A DNA stretch of 64,000 nt from Camelus dromedarius (Eukaryota): contig NC_087436.1 of NCBI RefSeq assembly GCF_036321535.1, forward strand, positions 33,544,001 to 33,608,000, given 5' to 3'. The translations under genes were made by a program, and so were the position numbers. The notes under the pieces are model-generated. The model was not told the DNA's origin, made no database searches, and worked only from the letters and a program-made list of their open reading frames with translations. Shown in pieces: positions 52,833-64,000 of the stretch (position 1 is the first letter of the stretch; the number at the start of each line of letters is the position of its first letter).

Positions 52833-54566
52833 TTCTTTGAAAATGAATATGAAATTAGAACCACTAGAAAAAGTATAAGCATCAAAGTGATATACCCTTT
52901 AACTGCACTAAGAATAAGTCTGGTTTACTTTTCACCATGTAATGCAACTAAGAACTCAGTATGATCATCTTCATTCTTTTGATGAGTAAAATTTTACATT
53001 TCTTAAAACTCTTGACCTGAGAAGTTATTCTATTCTACATAGCCTAATGATAACAAAACTAGTATACACCATGTATGTGAATTGTAGAAAATGTGTGCAG
53101 ACATGTGTGTTGATGACCTAGGAAGTAAAAACCTAGTTAAAATTAAATCAGCTATATATTTCATAGCCTGTAGGTATTAAGCATATGGAACATATTACGC
53201 GTAGGTTTAGATCTGCACTGGCTCTGCTCTAGTCACGGGTGAAATTCTTGCTGTGACTTTTCATCTAAACTCTACAGCATATCTATACTAACACTTCACT
53301 AACACACCATTTTTCTTACATTATTCTAGTTATTTTATTTGACCACATTGTTCATATTGAAATTAACATAGGAAGATCGCAAGTCCTCTAAGAAGAAACT
53401 CTGGACTCAGCACATAAACCAATATTCCAGCAACATTTTTAGGTTTTATCAAAAAAAAAAAAAAAACTTGGAAAACACTTTATTTCCTTAATAATTATGA
53501 TCAAACAGATGGTCCCGATTGTGTGGGAAGAAGGCTTTTTTTTTTTTTTTCACTGCAGCACTTCATTCATTGTGAATACATCCTGTCTTGTTTGCATTCA
53601 CTACCCATAGTTAGCATTGCATTTCATTAAGCTGCCAAAGACCCAATGGACTTTCTTAATGTCAGAAACATATTTTGAATAAACTTTAAAAACTGGAATA
53701 CTTCCATTTTCAACAACTAATACTTACTTAATTAAGTGACTGTTTATTAAGGCCTTACTATAAACCAGGCAACTGGGTGGAAAGTTGGTGATACAAACGT
53801 GAATACATGACAATCCCTATCTTCAAATGGCTTGTTACATCACTCATTGGTATGATTTCAGCATACAGATTGTTGCTGACAACTTTATATATACAAATTT
53901 TAAGTGATGGACTATCTTTTTGTTGACGTAAAAGATAGAATAACACTTACGTGTAAGCTTACCTTGTCAGTGCATGCCCCTTGTCCAAGTATCGGGATAC
54001 TAAGAAAAAAAAATCAGTAACAATATGACATCATATTTTCTCCTTTTTTGGTCTTACCCACTTTTTATAGTTTTAATAGATTCATTACCTTGGTATTAAA
54101 ATCATAGGAATGCAGATAATTCATACTAACCAAATGTATATAATTAATATCATTCTGTTACTCTCTGCTCATTTTTCTATATTGGTATGAAGGGTATGGA
54201 ATGTAGGAGGAGTAAAGAGTGTTGGTCAGAGTAGAGGTGCACACCCAGGGTGAAGGGGACGACAAACTTTCTATCATTAAACAGATGAATCCTTTATTTT
54301 CTCTTTTCTGTAGCCATCTATCATTACGCCAAATATAACTATTAAAACCTATAAGCACACTGTTATAAATAGTGACCAGGTGTGTACAGTAATTAATTTC
54401 ATAGTCATTCCACTGTACCTAGGTGTATGTGTACTTTCTAAGAGAATAAATTCTTATATATCCTTGTAAACTGAGTGAATATCATCATGAATTAAATACT
54501 TATAAAATATTCCCTAAGTGAATCAAAGCAATAAAATACAATATTTACCATTCTTATTTATATATA

Positions 54567-55192
54567 CAATTGATTCTCATTTTTCATGGATTCTGTATTT
54601 ACAGATTTGCCTACTCACCAAAATTTACCTTGAACCCCAGTCAGTACTTCTGGAGCCTTTATGATCATTTACAGACACGTACAGAGCAGTGAACACTTTG
54701 AGCCAGCTGACGTGCACATCCTCAGCCAAGGTCAAGTGAGGTGACACACTGCCATGTTATTTCAGCTCTTCTACTTAAACAAATGTTCTTCTTGTGGTCT
54801 ACTTGGCACATTTTTTCCTTTTGCATTTGTATGCTTTTGTTGATGATTTCACTGTTTAAATGGCCCCCAACCATAGTGATGAAGTGCTGTCTCGCGTTTC
54901 TAAGCACAAGAAGTCAGTGATGTGTCTTACGGAGAAGATTCATGTTAGATAAACTTCATCCAGGCTTGATTTAGACTGCTGTTGACCATGAGTTCAGTGT
55001 TAATGAATCAATAATAGGGTACATCCAGAAAAAGAAAAAGCAAATTTGTTTATCTGTATGTGAGGCCATGCCAGAAGTGCTAAGTAACATCTGTAGTGTG
55101 GGATGAAGCTATGGAAATGATGAAAAAGCAGTAAGATTGTGGATTCATGAGATGATGATTGATAATAAAGTGCAGCAGACAGCACTGTTGTG
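54567..55192 (+). mobile_element. Tigger6/MER82-family TcMar-Tigger DNA transposon, left end
   Basis: TA followed by TIR-like 'caattgattctcatttttcatggattctgtattt'. Decayed transposase start at 54860 (MAPNHSDEVLSRVSKHKKSVMCLTEKI). Right end missing. Confidence 0.8.
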
Positions 55193-57624
55193 TACCTTTA
55201 AAGTTATGTTGAAACATAATCCCCAATGTGACCATATTTGAAAGTATTGTTTTGGGGATACAATTAGGTCATGAGCCTATAGCTCTCACAAATGAAATTA
55301 ATGCGCTTATATAAGAAACTCCCAATATCATGTGATATCACTTATATGTAGAATCTTAAAGAAGTGATACAAATCTTATTTACGTACCAAAAATAGACTC
55401 ACAGATATAGTAAAGAAACTATAGTTACTAAAGGAGAAAGGGCAGGGAAGACATAAATTAGAAGTTTTGGATTAATAGATACAGATTCACGTTACTGTAT
55501 ATAAAATAAACAACAAGGACCTACTATTATAGCACAGGGATCTGTAGTATTCAATTGCTTATAATAACATACAATGGAAAAGAATCTGAAAAAAAAAATA
55601 TTTGTAACTGAATCACCTTGCTGATTTTTTATTGAGGTGTAGTTGAAACTAATACTAATACTTTTATTGAGGTGTAATTGAAACTAAATCAACTACACCT
55701 CAATAAAAAACAAGAGACCCCATAGAGACCCCCCCCCACCTCTTCATCCATGTGAATCAGAGAAGATGGCTGTCTATGAACGAGGAAGCTGGTTCTATTA
55801 AACACTGACTCTCCTGGCACTTTGATCCCGGACTTCACAGCCTCCAGAACTGTGAGAAGTATTTTCTATTTATAAGTTTCAGATACAGTTTATGATACTT
55901 TGTTATAGCAGCTTGACTAAGACAAAAGACAAAACTGGTACTGAGAAGTGGGGAACTGCTGTGACAAATACCTACAAATGTAGCAAGTGGCTTTGGAACT
56001 GGGTAACAGGCTGGAAGAGTTCTGAGGTGGGTGCTAAAATATGGACATTAAGGATGACTCTAGGGAGAGATGAGAAAGAAAGCCTCAGTCATCTTAAAGA
56101 ATACCTAAGTAATCATGAACATAAATCATGTAAGCAGAGATGCAGATGGTAATGGTCACTCTGATGAGGTCTCAGATGGAACTGAGAAACATGTTATTGG
56201 AAATAGGAGAAAAGGTGCTCCTTGTTATAAAATAGTGAAGAACTTGGCTGACTTGTGTTCATGTTGTAGTGTTTTCTGGAAGGTAGACCTTGTAAGCAGT
56301 GAAATTGGATATTTAGCTGAGGAGAACCCTAAGCACAGGGTTGAAGGAGTGGCTGGGTTCCTCCTAACAGCTTATTATAAAATGCTAGAAGAGAGAAATG
56401 ATTTGAAGATGGAATTGCTAAGTGAAGAGGAACCATAACTTACAGATTTGGCAAATCGTCAGCTTAGCCATATTGCAGTAAATTGAGACGGCTTTTTCAG
56501 AAGAAAACACTAAGTGTGTGGCCAAGTGACTTTTTGATAAGGAGATTAATGTGAATATAAATCATGGACCTAAACAGCCATAGCAGAAGACAGGAACGAT
56601 TCTTCAAGGCAAGGGAAGAACAATGACCCCAGAGGTCATCGTCCCTGCCATTACCAACACCTGCCCAGGGAAAAGAACTATGTCTATGGGTGTGGCCACC
56701 TCTCTGCTGCTGGTGGGTCAGGATGTGTCTGCCTAGGTGTCCTATTGGTGGGGCCCTGTCAGAGAGCTGCAGCATGGGTTACAGCCAGTGGAGCCAAGGC
56801 ATGGGTGGGGCCCTGGCAAAGAGTCACAGAGTGGGCAGCACCCCTCCAGGCTGTGGGGAGGCACTGATACCCGAATAGGTCTGGAAGGCAGAGCGTCAAG
56901 CCAAAGAGGATTAGTAAAGAAACTTAAAGTCTAATTGAATGTGCCCAGTTAGGTTTTGGACTTATTTCCTACTGATCACTCTTTTCTTCTTTCCTATTTC
57001 TCCCTTTCGGAATGAGTATCTTTCCTATCCCTGTCCTACCTTTAAATTTTGGAAGCACGTGACTTGTTCGGTTTCACTGGTTCACAGCTGGAAAGAAACT
57101 CTGCCTCAGGATAAATCAGACATAAACCTCATGTCTCACCCATTTATGATTTAGCTGATATCTAGATGAGACTATGCACTTTAGATGTTCAAAGTTGATG
57201 CCAGAACAAGTTAGGAATTTGGGGACTATTGAGATGGAATGAACATATTTTACATGTGATTTGGTCAGGGGAAAGGGCTGGAATGCTATAGGCTGAATAT
57301 ATGAGTCTCCCCCAAACTCCTGTGTTGAAACTTAACCCCCAGTGTGCTGGTATTAGAAGATGGGGAGGTAATTAGGTCATGAGCATGGAGCCTTTAAGAA
57401 TGGAATTAGTGCCCTTACAGAAGATGCCCAAGAGAGCCCCTTTGCTCCTTCTTCTGAGAAAAATGGCATCTGTGAAGCAGGATGAACATTCTCACCAGAC
57501 AGAACCTGCTGATACCTTGGTCTTGGTCTTCCCAGCCTCTAGAGGTGTAAAAAAAACATTTCTCTTGTTTAAAAATCACCCTGCCTACAGTATGCCATTC
57601 TAGTAGCCCAAAGGGACTAAGACA
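55193..57624 (+). mobile_element. Two-LTR MaLR provirus (MLT1A-like LTR-int-LTR)
   Basis: 5' LTR ends 'gactaagaca' at 55924. The internal region starts 'aactggtactgagaagtgggg' and includes the MaLR ORF remnant 56115..56438 (DEVSDG..VIGN..KG.PCY...KNLA.LC). A purine tract precedes the 3' LTR at 57284-57624, which also ends 'gactaagaca'. Confidence 0.88.
55325..55710 (+). mobile_element. L1 3' end inserted in the MaLR 5' LTR
   Basis: 'aatatcatgtgatatcacttatatgtagaatct...aacaacaaggacctact...caataaaaaa'. Degenerate flanking repeats aagaaactccca / aagagacccca. Confidence 0.88.
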
Positions 57625-57917
57625 ATAGCTAACATTCTTCCCACTACCTTTCTATCACTCTGCGCACACTTGCAGTTTCATGATAACCTTCCATGGAGAG
57701 TCTTCAGCCCTATCCTCCTTTGTTGTCATTTTTCCTGTAAAATTTCATTTTGGTCTTGTTTATTTGTGATCAGGGAGTATAACTAAATCCTTTCTGTTCA
57801 TTTTGCTACTATTTGTATAGCCTCCATTTCTGAATAGCATTGTCTAAGACAGGACAAAAATGTAAGCTAAAATACATCAGAGATGTTTCTTTTATATCAA
57901 GTACTTTATATTTGATA

Positions 57918-58130
57918 AGGGGTCAGCCAAGTATAACTCAGTGTAAATGCAGCCAACCACTTGTTTTTATAAAGTTTTATTAGAATGAAACCATATGATT
58001 ATTTATATATTATTTATGATTGATTTTTACTACAGTTGCTGAGTAGTATAGTTACAACTGAATTCTCATTGTCCTCAAAACCTAAAATATTTACTATCTA
58101 GCCCTTTACAGAAGAAATGTGTTTATCTAT
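57918..58130 (+). mobile_element. MER58A-like hAT-Charlie MITE
   Basis: 'aggggtcagccaa...aaagttttattagaa...cctaaaatatttactatctagccctttacagaa'. Confidence 0.8.
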
Positions 58131-58659
58131 AACAAGACTACATCAAAAAAAAGATGACATGTTATCTTTATTCTTATCTAGTACATATCTACTCAATTTC
58201 TTATTTTAACCTGTTTAAGTATTATTATTAGCAATAGTAATAGTACCATCTTCAATCCAATGATATTTATAAAAATTGTTATAAAATGATTTCAAGTATC
58301 ACCTTATTTTTCTGATTTCCTGCAGATAGTTAATATAAAATTGTACTAAAGTCTCAGTATCAAATCTCTGTTTTTCTTTACCTAATTTAATCAGTGTTAT
58401 AGCCCTAAATGAATGCTTAATGTGCTTCCATCTTTTTCTACCTGGGTAGCACAGTGGCTTTCAACAAGGAACATAACCCATTTGAGCCAGAGTAAATAAA
58501 ATGTTATCTATTGATTGGTGCTCTTGGAAGTGTGAGGGAGAATTTTTAGTATATGGCAGAAAGTCAAATGAGTGCCATTACTACCACCATTTTATAAAAG
58601 AGCTTCAGCTTTGAAGCCACATTTCCTGAATTTAATTTTCAAATATTCAATTTATACAA

Positions 58660-59410
58660 GTCTACATGTATATTGCTGTGTTAACAAATTAACCCCCAAA
58701 TTAATGACTTAGAACAGTAAACACTTATCATCTCACATTTTCGGTTTCTTGATAATTGGAGTGAAGGTTTTAGTCAAGGTAGTACTTACCTGAGGGCTTG
58801 CCTGGGGCCAGAGGATTCACTTCCAAGTTCATACTCATGGATGTTGGCAGAGGCCTAAATTCCTGACTGTCTGTTGGCTAGAGGCCTTAATTACTTACTG
58901 CTTGAGCCTGTCCTCAGGGCTGCTTGGGAGTTCTCACACCATGGTAGATGGCTTCCCTCAGAGCAAGTGATCTGACAGAGTGAGCAAAGAGGAAGCAACA
59001 ATGTCTTATATGAATGAGTCTTATAAGTCACATGTTGTACTTTAACCATATTGTATTAATAATAAGCAAGGCATTAAGTCCAGCCCACACTTCAGAGAGG
59101 GGATTTACGCTTCACCTCTTGAAGGAAGGAATACCAAAGAACATGTGGATAAGTAGTTAACCCTTGAACAACTCCAGGGGTTAGGGGCGCCAACCCTCAG
59201 CGCAGTTGAAAATCAGAGTATAATTTATAGTTGGCCCTCCTATACACAGTTCCTCTGTATCCGTGGTTCTGCATCTGAGGATTCAACCAACCACAGGTTA
59301 TGCAGCACTGTACTAATTAATTACTACTGAAAAAATCCCACATATAAGTAGATCCATGCAATTCAAACCCATATTGTTCAAGAGTCAGCTATATATTAAA
59401 ATTGCCACAC
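58660..59410 (-). mobile_element. MLT1 (F/G/H-like) solo LTR interrupted by MER8
   Basis: 'tattgctgtgttaacaaatt', 'ggggccagaggattcacttccaag' and 'aagtccagcccacacttcag'. The terminal 'aaaattgccaca' lies beyond the MITE. Confidence 0.8.
59154..59391. mobile_element. MER8/Tigger2-family MITE (about 238 bp)
   Basis: Terminal inverted repeats 'tagttaacccttgaacaa' and 'ttgttcaagagtcagcta', the right one followed by TA. Confidence 0.85.
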
Positions 59411-59962
59411 TCAACTTGTCTCAATTTCCTTATCTATAAAGTGAAGATAGATAGTAAAATGATTATTGTTTTGATGTTAAAAACATGAAAATCACTTGGA
59501 CTTGAGCCTCCCATTATGGCAAGTAATCAGCAACCATTAGCTAATATTTGAGATTTGTGTAACTGTACTATTTTCTATTTTATTCTTTACAGAATGATGA
59601 GAATCACTATTATCCTCACTTTATGCTTATTTCATTACATCATTATCCGAAGTTTAGATTTTATTTTCTTTCTTTGGCAGAAAGTTTGTCTCTTCGGTTC
59701 AGTTTACTGGCATTGTGATGGAAAAGCTGGCTTGCTTTTGCTCCCACCATGTAAGATCTGATACACCTTTTCAGTTACCAAAATGCTGCTCAATTTGCTT
59801 CTCTATCAGTGACAACATGTTTTCCTATGTTGCCCATGGTATAAATAGGTCACTTGACAAGAAATCATAGCATTTATGGCTAAGATGAACAGAAACACTT
59901 ATACAGGGATACACAGATGTCTGTATATTCCCTTTTTTTTTCCTGTGAAACTGAAAGATGAC

Positions 59963-60088
59963 TTTTTTAAATTAAAACTTAAATTGAGGCATAATTGACA
60001 TGTAACATTAATATTAGTTTCAGATATACAATATGATTATTCAATTTTTGTATACTGTGTGAAAGTCACCACAATACATCTAATTAAC
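59963..60088 (-). mobile_element. Short L1 3' end
   Basis: 'aattgaggcataattgacatgtaacattaatattagtttcagatatacaa'. Flanks atgacttt / atgtcttt may be a TSD. Confidence 0.8.
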
Positions 60089-60286
60089 ATGTCTTTTATG
60101 TAATTCTTATTTCTGGTCATTATTTATTTTTGACTTTCAGAAATTTTACTATAATCCCTTATATTCAGAGTATCACATATTACAATGTTTGTAGTGCAGT
60201 CTCATTTTATGAAATAGTAAGCAAGAAATAATTGATTATGCCATCAGATATAATGCTTCTTTGGGATAATTACAAAATTATGCATG

Positions 60287-60308
60287 CACACACACACACA
60301 CACACACA
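60287..60308. repeat. (CA)11 microsatellite
   Basis: Direct reading. Confidence 0.95.
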
Positions 60309-60629
60309 GACGCATATGCACAGCAGGCAAATCAATTTGTCTAGTTCTGTCCTTAAAGGCTTAGAGCAGTTGAATATATACCCATTTAAAATACATTTTT
60401 GGGAGACACCACATTCGCTCTTTTTATAACTTACTTAATTGTTTAACACTACTTATTTCATTTGGTTTGGGCCCAGAAGTCCAAAAGTAAGAATATAATC
60501 AATGCCTATAAAATTTTTATCAAGTATGGTTCGGTGGGTAGATAAGGTTTTCATTAGGATTGAAAAAACCCGAAACCAGGGATCACAGTTTATAATTTGT
60601 TGCAGTTCTCAGCCTTAACCTCTCTCTCT

Positions 60630-60875
60630 CTGGGGAAATTCCTCTGACTCTCTTAGTCTGGGCAGGGCTTCCTTTCATTTGACCTCAGGGCACTCTATTC
60701 TTTCCTTATCAAAGCACTTATCACACATTTATTGTATTCAGAGCTTGTATTGTCTGAATTTCAGTAAAGGCTCTAAATGCTATAGCAGCAAGGCACAGTG
60801 GGTTCTCTGCACACTACTGCATCGTCAATGTTCGGCACAGAATTTGTGACAAAATTAGACCAACATATGTGTTTT
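60630..60875 (+). mobile_element. L2 LINE 3' fragment
   Basis: 'tctggggaaattcctctgact', 'aagcacttatcacac' and 'ttcggcacagaat'. Confidence 0.55.
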
Positions 60876-61695
60876 GGAAGGTTTGAAAGTTAGGTTGATG
60901 TTTACAATATGGCTAGGAAGGATTTGATCTCCTAAGAGCTCCCTTCCTTCCAACCTCACCCTTACCACCCAAAGATATGTGGTAGGCTTTGACAAAGATT
61001 CTGGAAGAACTTAAATGCAAGAATGTTGTGACAGCATTATTAATAAATAATGGAATTTGGGGTTATTGTCATAAGTGAATTTCTGTTGAGGATGGCATTA
61101 GGAAACTGAATACCAAGCACTACTGCAACTGTTGTCACTCTCAGAAACAGGGTATTGGAATAACATACAGCACAGGTTCAGCTTATTACACTTTCTCATT
61201 TTATTTTATATTCATAAGTGTCTTTCCATAGGATTATAATCAGTCTATATGGAATTGAAGATTAAGATGGATCCAAAATTATTTTCTATTTAATTGCCCA
61301 GCATCTCCAAAAGGGTAGGAGCTAACTGTTAATAAAGGTCAATAATTGTAGCTAGCCTTTAATAGTTACTGTACTTCAGGCACTATATTTGGCATTTTAC
61401 AAATATTGCCTTATGTGACCCACATAACCAAGCCACGAGTCAGTGGAGATATTACCTTGAAATTCAGATTTAGATTCAAATCAAGAGTTTTATCTCTTAT
61501 ACATACCTGTGCATTCAGGAGCAAGTTAGATACTGTCTGCATCAGTTTTCTCATCTGGATAATAGAGCAAATATTGTTTCCTTGTACCTCTTATACGGTA
61601 GTAATTCATGGGGTTTTTTTATTATATTTGTACACAGTTAGCAGACAGCAGATACCAGTCTATATTTCTCCATAACCTATATACATACCAGTTTT

Positions 61696-61852
61696 TTTCT
61701 CTTTTTGAAATCTGCCTATCTACTGAGGTGCAGTTGACATACAACAAATTAGTTTCAGGTATGCAACATGATTCAATACTTACATATATTGCAAAATGAT
61801 CACCACAGTAAGTCTAGCTGACATCTGTCACCATACATAATTACACTGTGTG
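61696..61852 (-). mobile_element. Short L1 3' end with 8-bp TSD
   Basis: 'tgaggtgcagttgacatacaac...aaatgatcaccacagtaagtctag'. The repeat ccagtttt occurs at 61688-61695 and 61853-61860. Confidence 0.82.
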
Positions 61853-64000
61853 CCAGTTTTAAACATCTTTTTTATTTTCCATTTCATTTAAGATCATCCA
61901 TGGTAGTTTACTCATCACAACATAGACCAGAGGCTTTTGTTTCATTTCAGTTTCAATAGTATAACTGTGCTACTTCTCAGTCTTGGGAAATCTTCCCCCA
62001 TGTGTATACCTGTGTGTGTGCAACTGTATATGTATGTTTTCTTTGTGTTCATATGAAATATCTGCACAGTTGGAAGCACTTTCTGTTGTGTTTTAATGAA
62101 AGATACATAGAAGATTATAAATGGTTTGTAAACACTTTCCTCTCCTTAGATAAGCCAATAAAAAATAACACTATAAACACTTTAATATAGATGTTTGTTC
62201 TCCCCTGGAGTAGTTCAAACTCTACTTCTCAGGTCAGAACTTTTTTGAAGAATCGCGTATACAACTTGCCATAAATAAAATTCAGGTCATTATGGTTCTC
62301 ACAAAAATCAGTTTTAGTTTTCCCACTGAAGCCAATTTAGTTATGACATTTTTCTTTTTATTTCTGACATACACTTATCCATGGTATTGAATGTCTTCTG
62401 AGAGAATTACATGCCATCCATCGTGCTCAAAATTTAAATCATTTAAGCACAAAAATGCAGAATATGAACTTGTCAGTATTCATGAAGAAACTCGGTTGCC
62501 AAAATGATTTCCAAGCATTTATTATTTTTCTAAAAAAATTGCCAATTATGTCACATAATTTAGAATTTTGAAACTCTGCAAGAATTTTAAGGATTACAAT
62601 TTACATTTTCAAAGAACTGGCCTATAATGTATTACCCTATTGGCCATAATATTTCTCATAGTGGATGAAGCATCTCCTTTGGGTTGAAACCACATGCCAT
62701 GTGTCTTTAATGTACTCAATACAGTTCTAGATACCTTCTATAAATTATATTCTAAAATTAAACCTAACATCAGGATAGTCCAAACAATCTGCTTAAACTG
62801 ATCACAAAGTAATAGGAAATTCAAAACTGATTTACGATTGAATAGTTGAACACACTAACTTCATAATAAGTAACTTATCTGTATTAAACTATTTAGTAAT
62901 TTACTTTAAGATTCTATCATTATCACTAATTTACCTACCAAATTTCATCATAAAAAAACTATAAACTAACTTAAATTGATTCAAGGAACAATATGAGTTA
63001 GGTTTCTAATAAAGTTATACAACTCAGTATATTTTCTGTGACTAGAATGAGCTCCAACAACATATTAGACTTGTAAATGTAAATTTTAAATGGAAACATT
63101 CTTTTGAATATGAGAGTCATTTATAGCCTTATCCTGGCACAAAGTAACATAATAAACTGCTAGAATCTTAATTTAAAGTAAAGTTTAAAGGCTGTTGTGG
63201 TTTGCCAAGATTATCCTTTATAAAAATTTCTTGAATGTTTATTTGTCAACAACTTATGTGATTATCCTAAATTAATGTGAAACCAAAAGTGAACCCAACA
63301 GTCAAATACTTTTGGAAAGCAAGAAACTTTTCTTTTTCTTTTTGGTTATGCTTTAATGGCCAAGCCAATAAACTAAAGGCATCTGAATTAAATAAGGAGA
63401 TTGGGGGTGGGTAATGAGGAGAAAGCAAGTCAGTTTTAGCAGGAAAAACTACTATTCACCAATTCAAATAGATATTATTTATAGGTTTTCAAAAAAAATT
63501 TTGAGAGTCAACTAGTATGCTTCTTTGCTTTCAAGATTTTATCATTGATGACAATTTTTACATTGGGGAAAATGTTACAGATTTTGATATTTCTTTACCC
63601 TCTAGAAAGATGACTTGTTGGAAACCATATTTTTCAGGTGCACTTTTATTACACATCAGCCAGGGACTGAGTCAGGTGAGGGTGAATAACCCAAACACCT
63701 CCTTATCTTAGTGCAAACACAAGTCAGCAGCATGTGTCTTCTTTCTAAAACTCTGATCTCTCAAAAGTCAACATCTCTGATGCGTGTGCATGCACACACA
63801 CGTGTGCAACAGAGACACAGACATAGATAAGGCCTTCAGTGTCCTAGAAACTGTGCTGTGTTCTGTGAGGCTTTCAAAGACATACCAAATACAGTGCTGT
63901 GTGTGCTGTAAAATCGAGAATGGCAGGATAACATGTGTAATAAGCTATAACCTCAGCCTGAATGGGAAAGATACCCTGTTGATAGCTAAGACAGGTAGAA

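Noticed and set aside
63780..63810. Alternating purine-pyrimidine palindromic tract (Z-DNA/hairpin potential)
   Set aside because: Short degenerate (CA/TG)n microsatellite, common and uninformative.

Overview
AT-rich, CpG-poor mammalian (eutherian) non-coding DNA. I find no recognisable protein-coding gene, RNA gene, CRISPR array or prokaryotic system. Much of the window is transposable-element debris. It includes old LINEs (L1M-type, L2, L3/CR1), MIRs and ERV1/ERVL solo LTRs. It also has a two-LTR MaLR (MLT1A-like) provirus, Tigger/hAT DNA-transposon relics, and many lineage-specific 5'-truncated L1 copies, several with clear target-site duplications. The L1 3'UTR type and the absence of Alu/B1/Bov-tA/PRE1/Can-SINE-type elements suggest a camelid-like artiodactyl (inference). 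The only ORFs with recognisable homology are decayed L1 ORF2 and MaLR internal ORF remnants. The most unusual structures are an L1-containing insertion whose TSD polarity is opposite to its content and which has no terminal poly(A) (37656-38870), a fold-back rewritten L1 3' end (55625-55710), a twin-primed inverted L1 (24841-25200), and an unexplained 93-bp segment between 17-bp direct repeats (50759-50885). There are also several candidate enhancers and candidate non-coding exons. Repeat family names are from recalled consensus features, not database searches, and boundaries of old elements are approximate.
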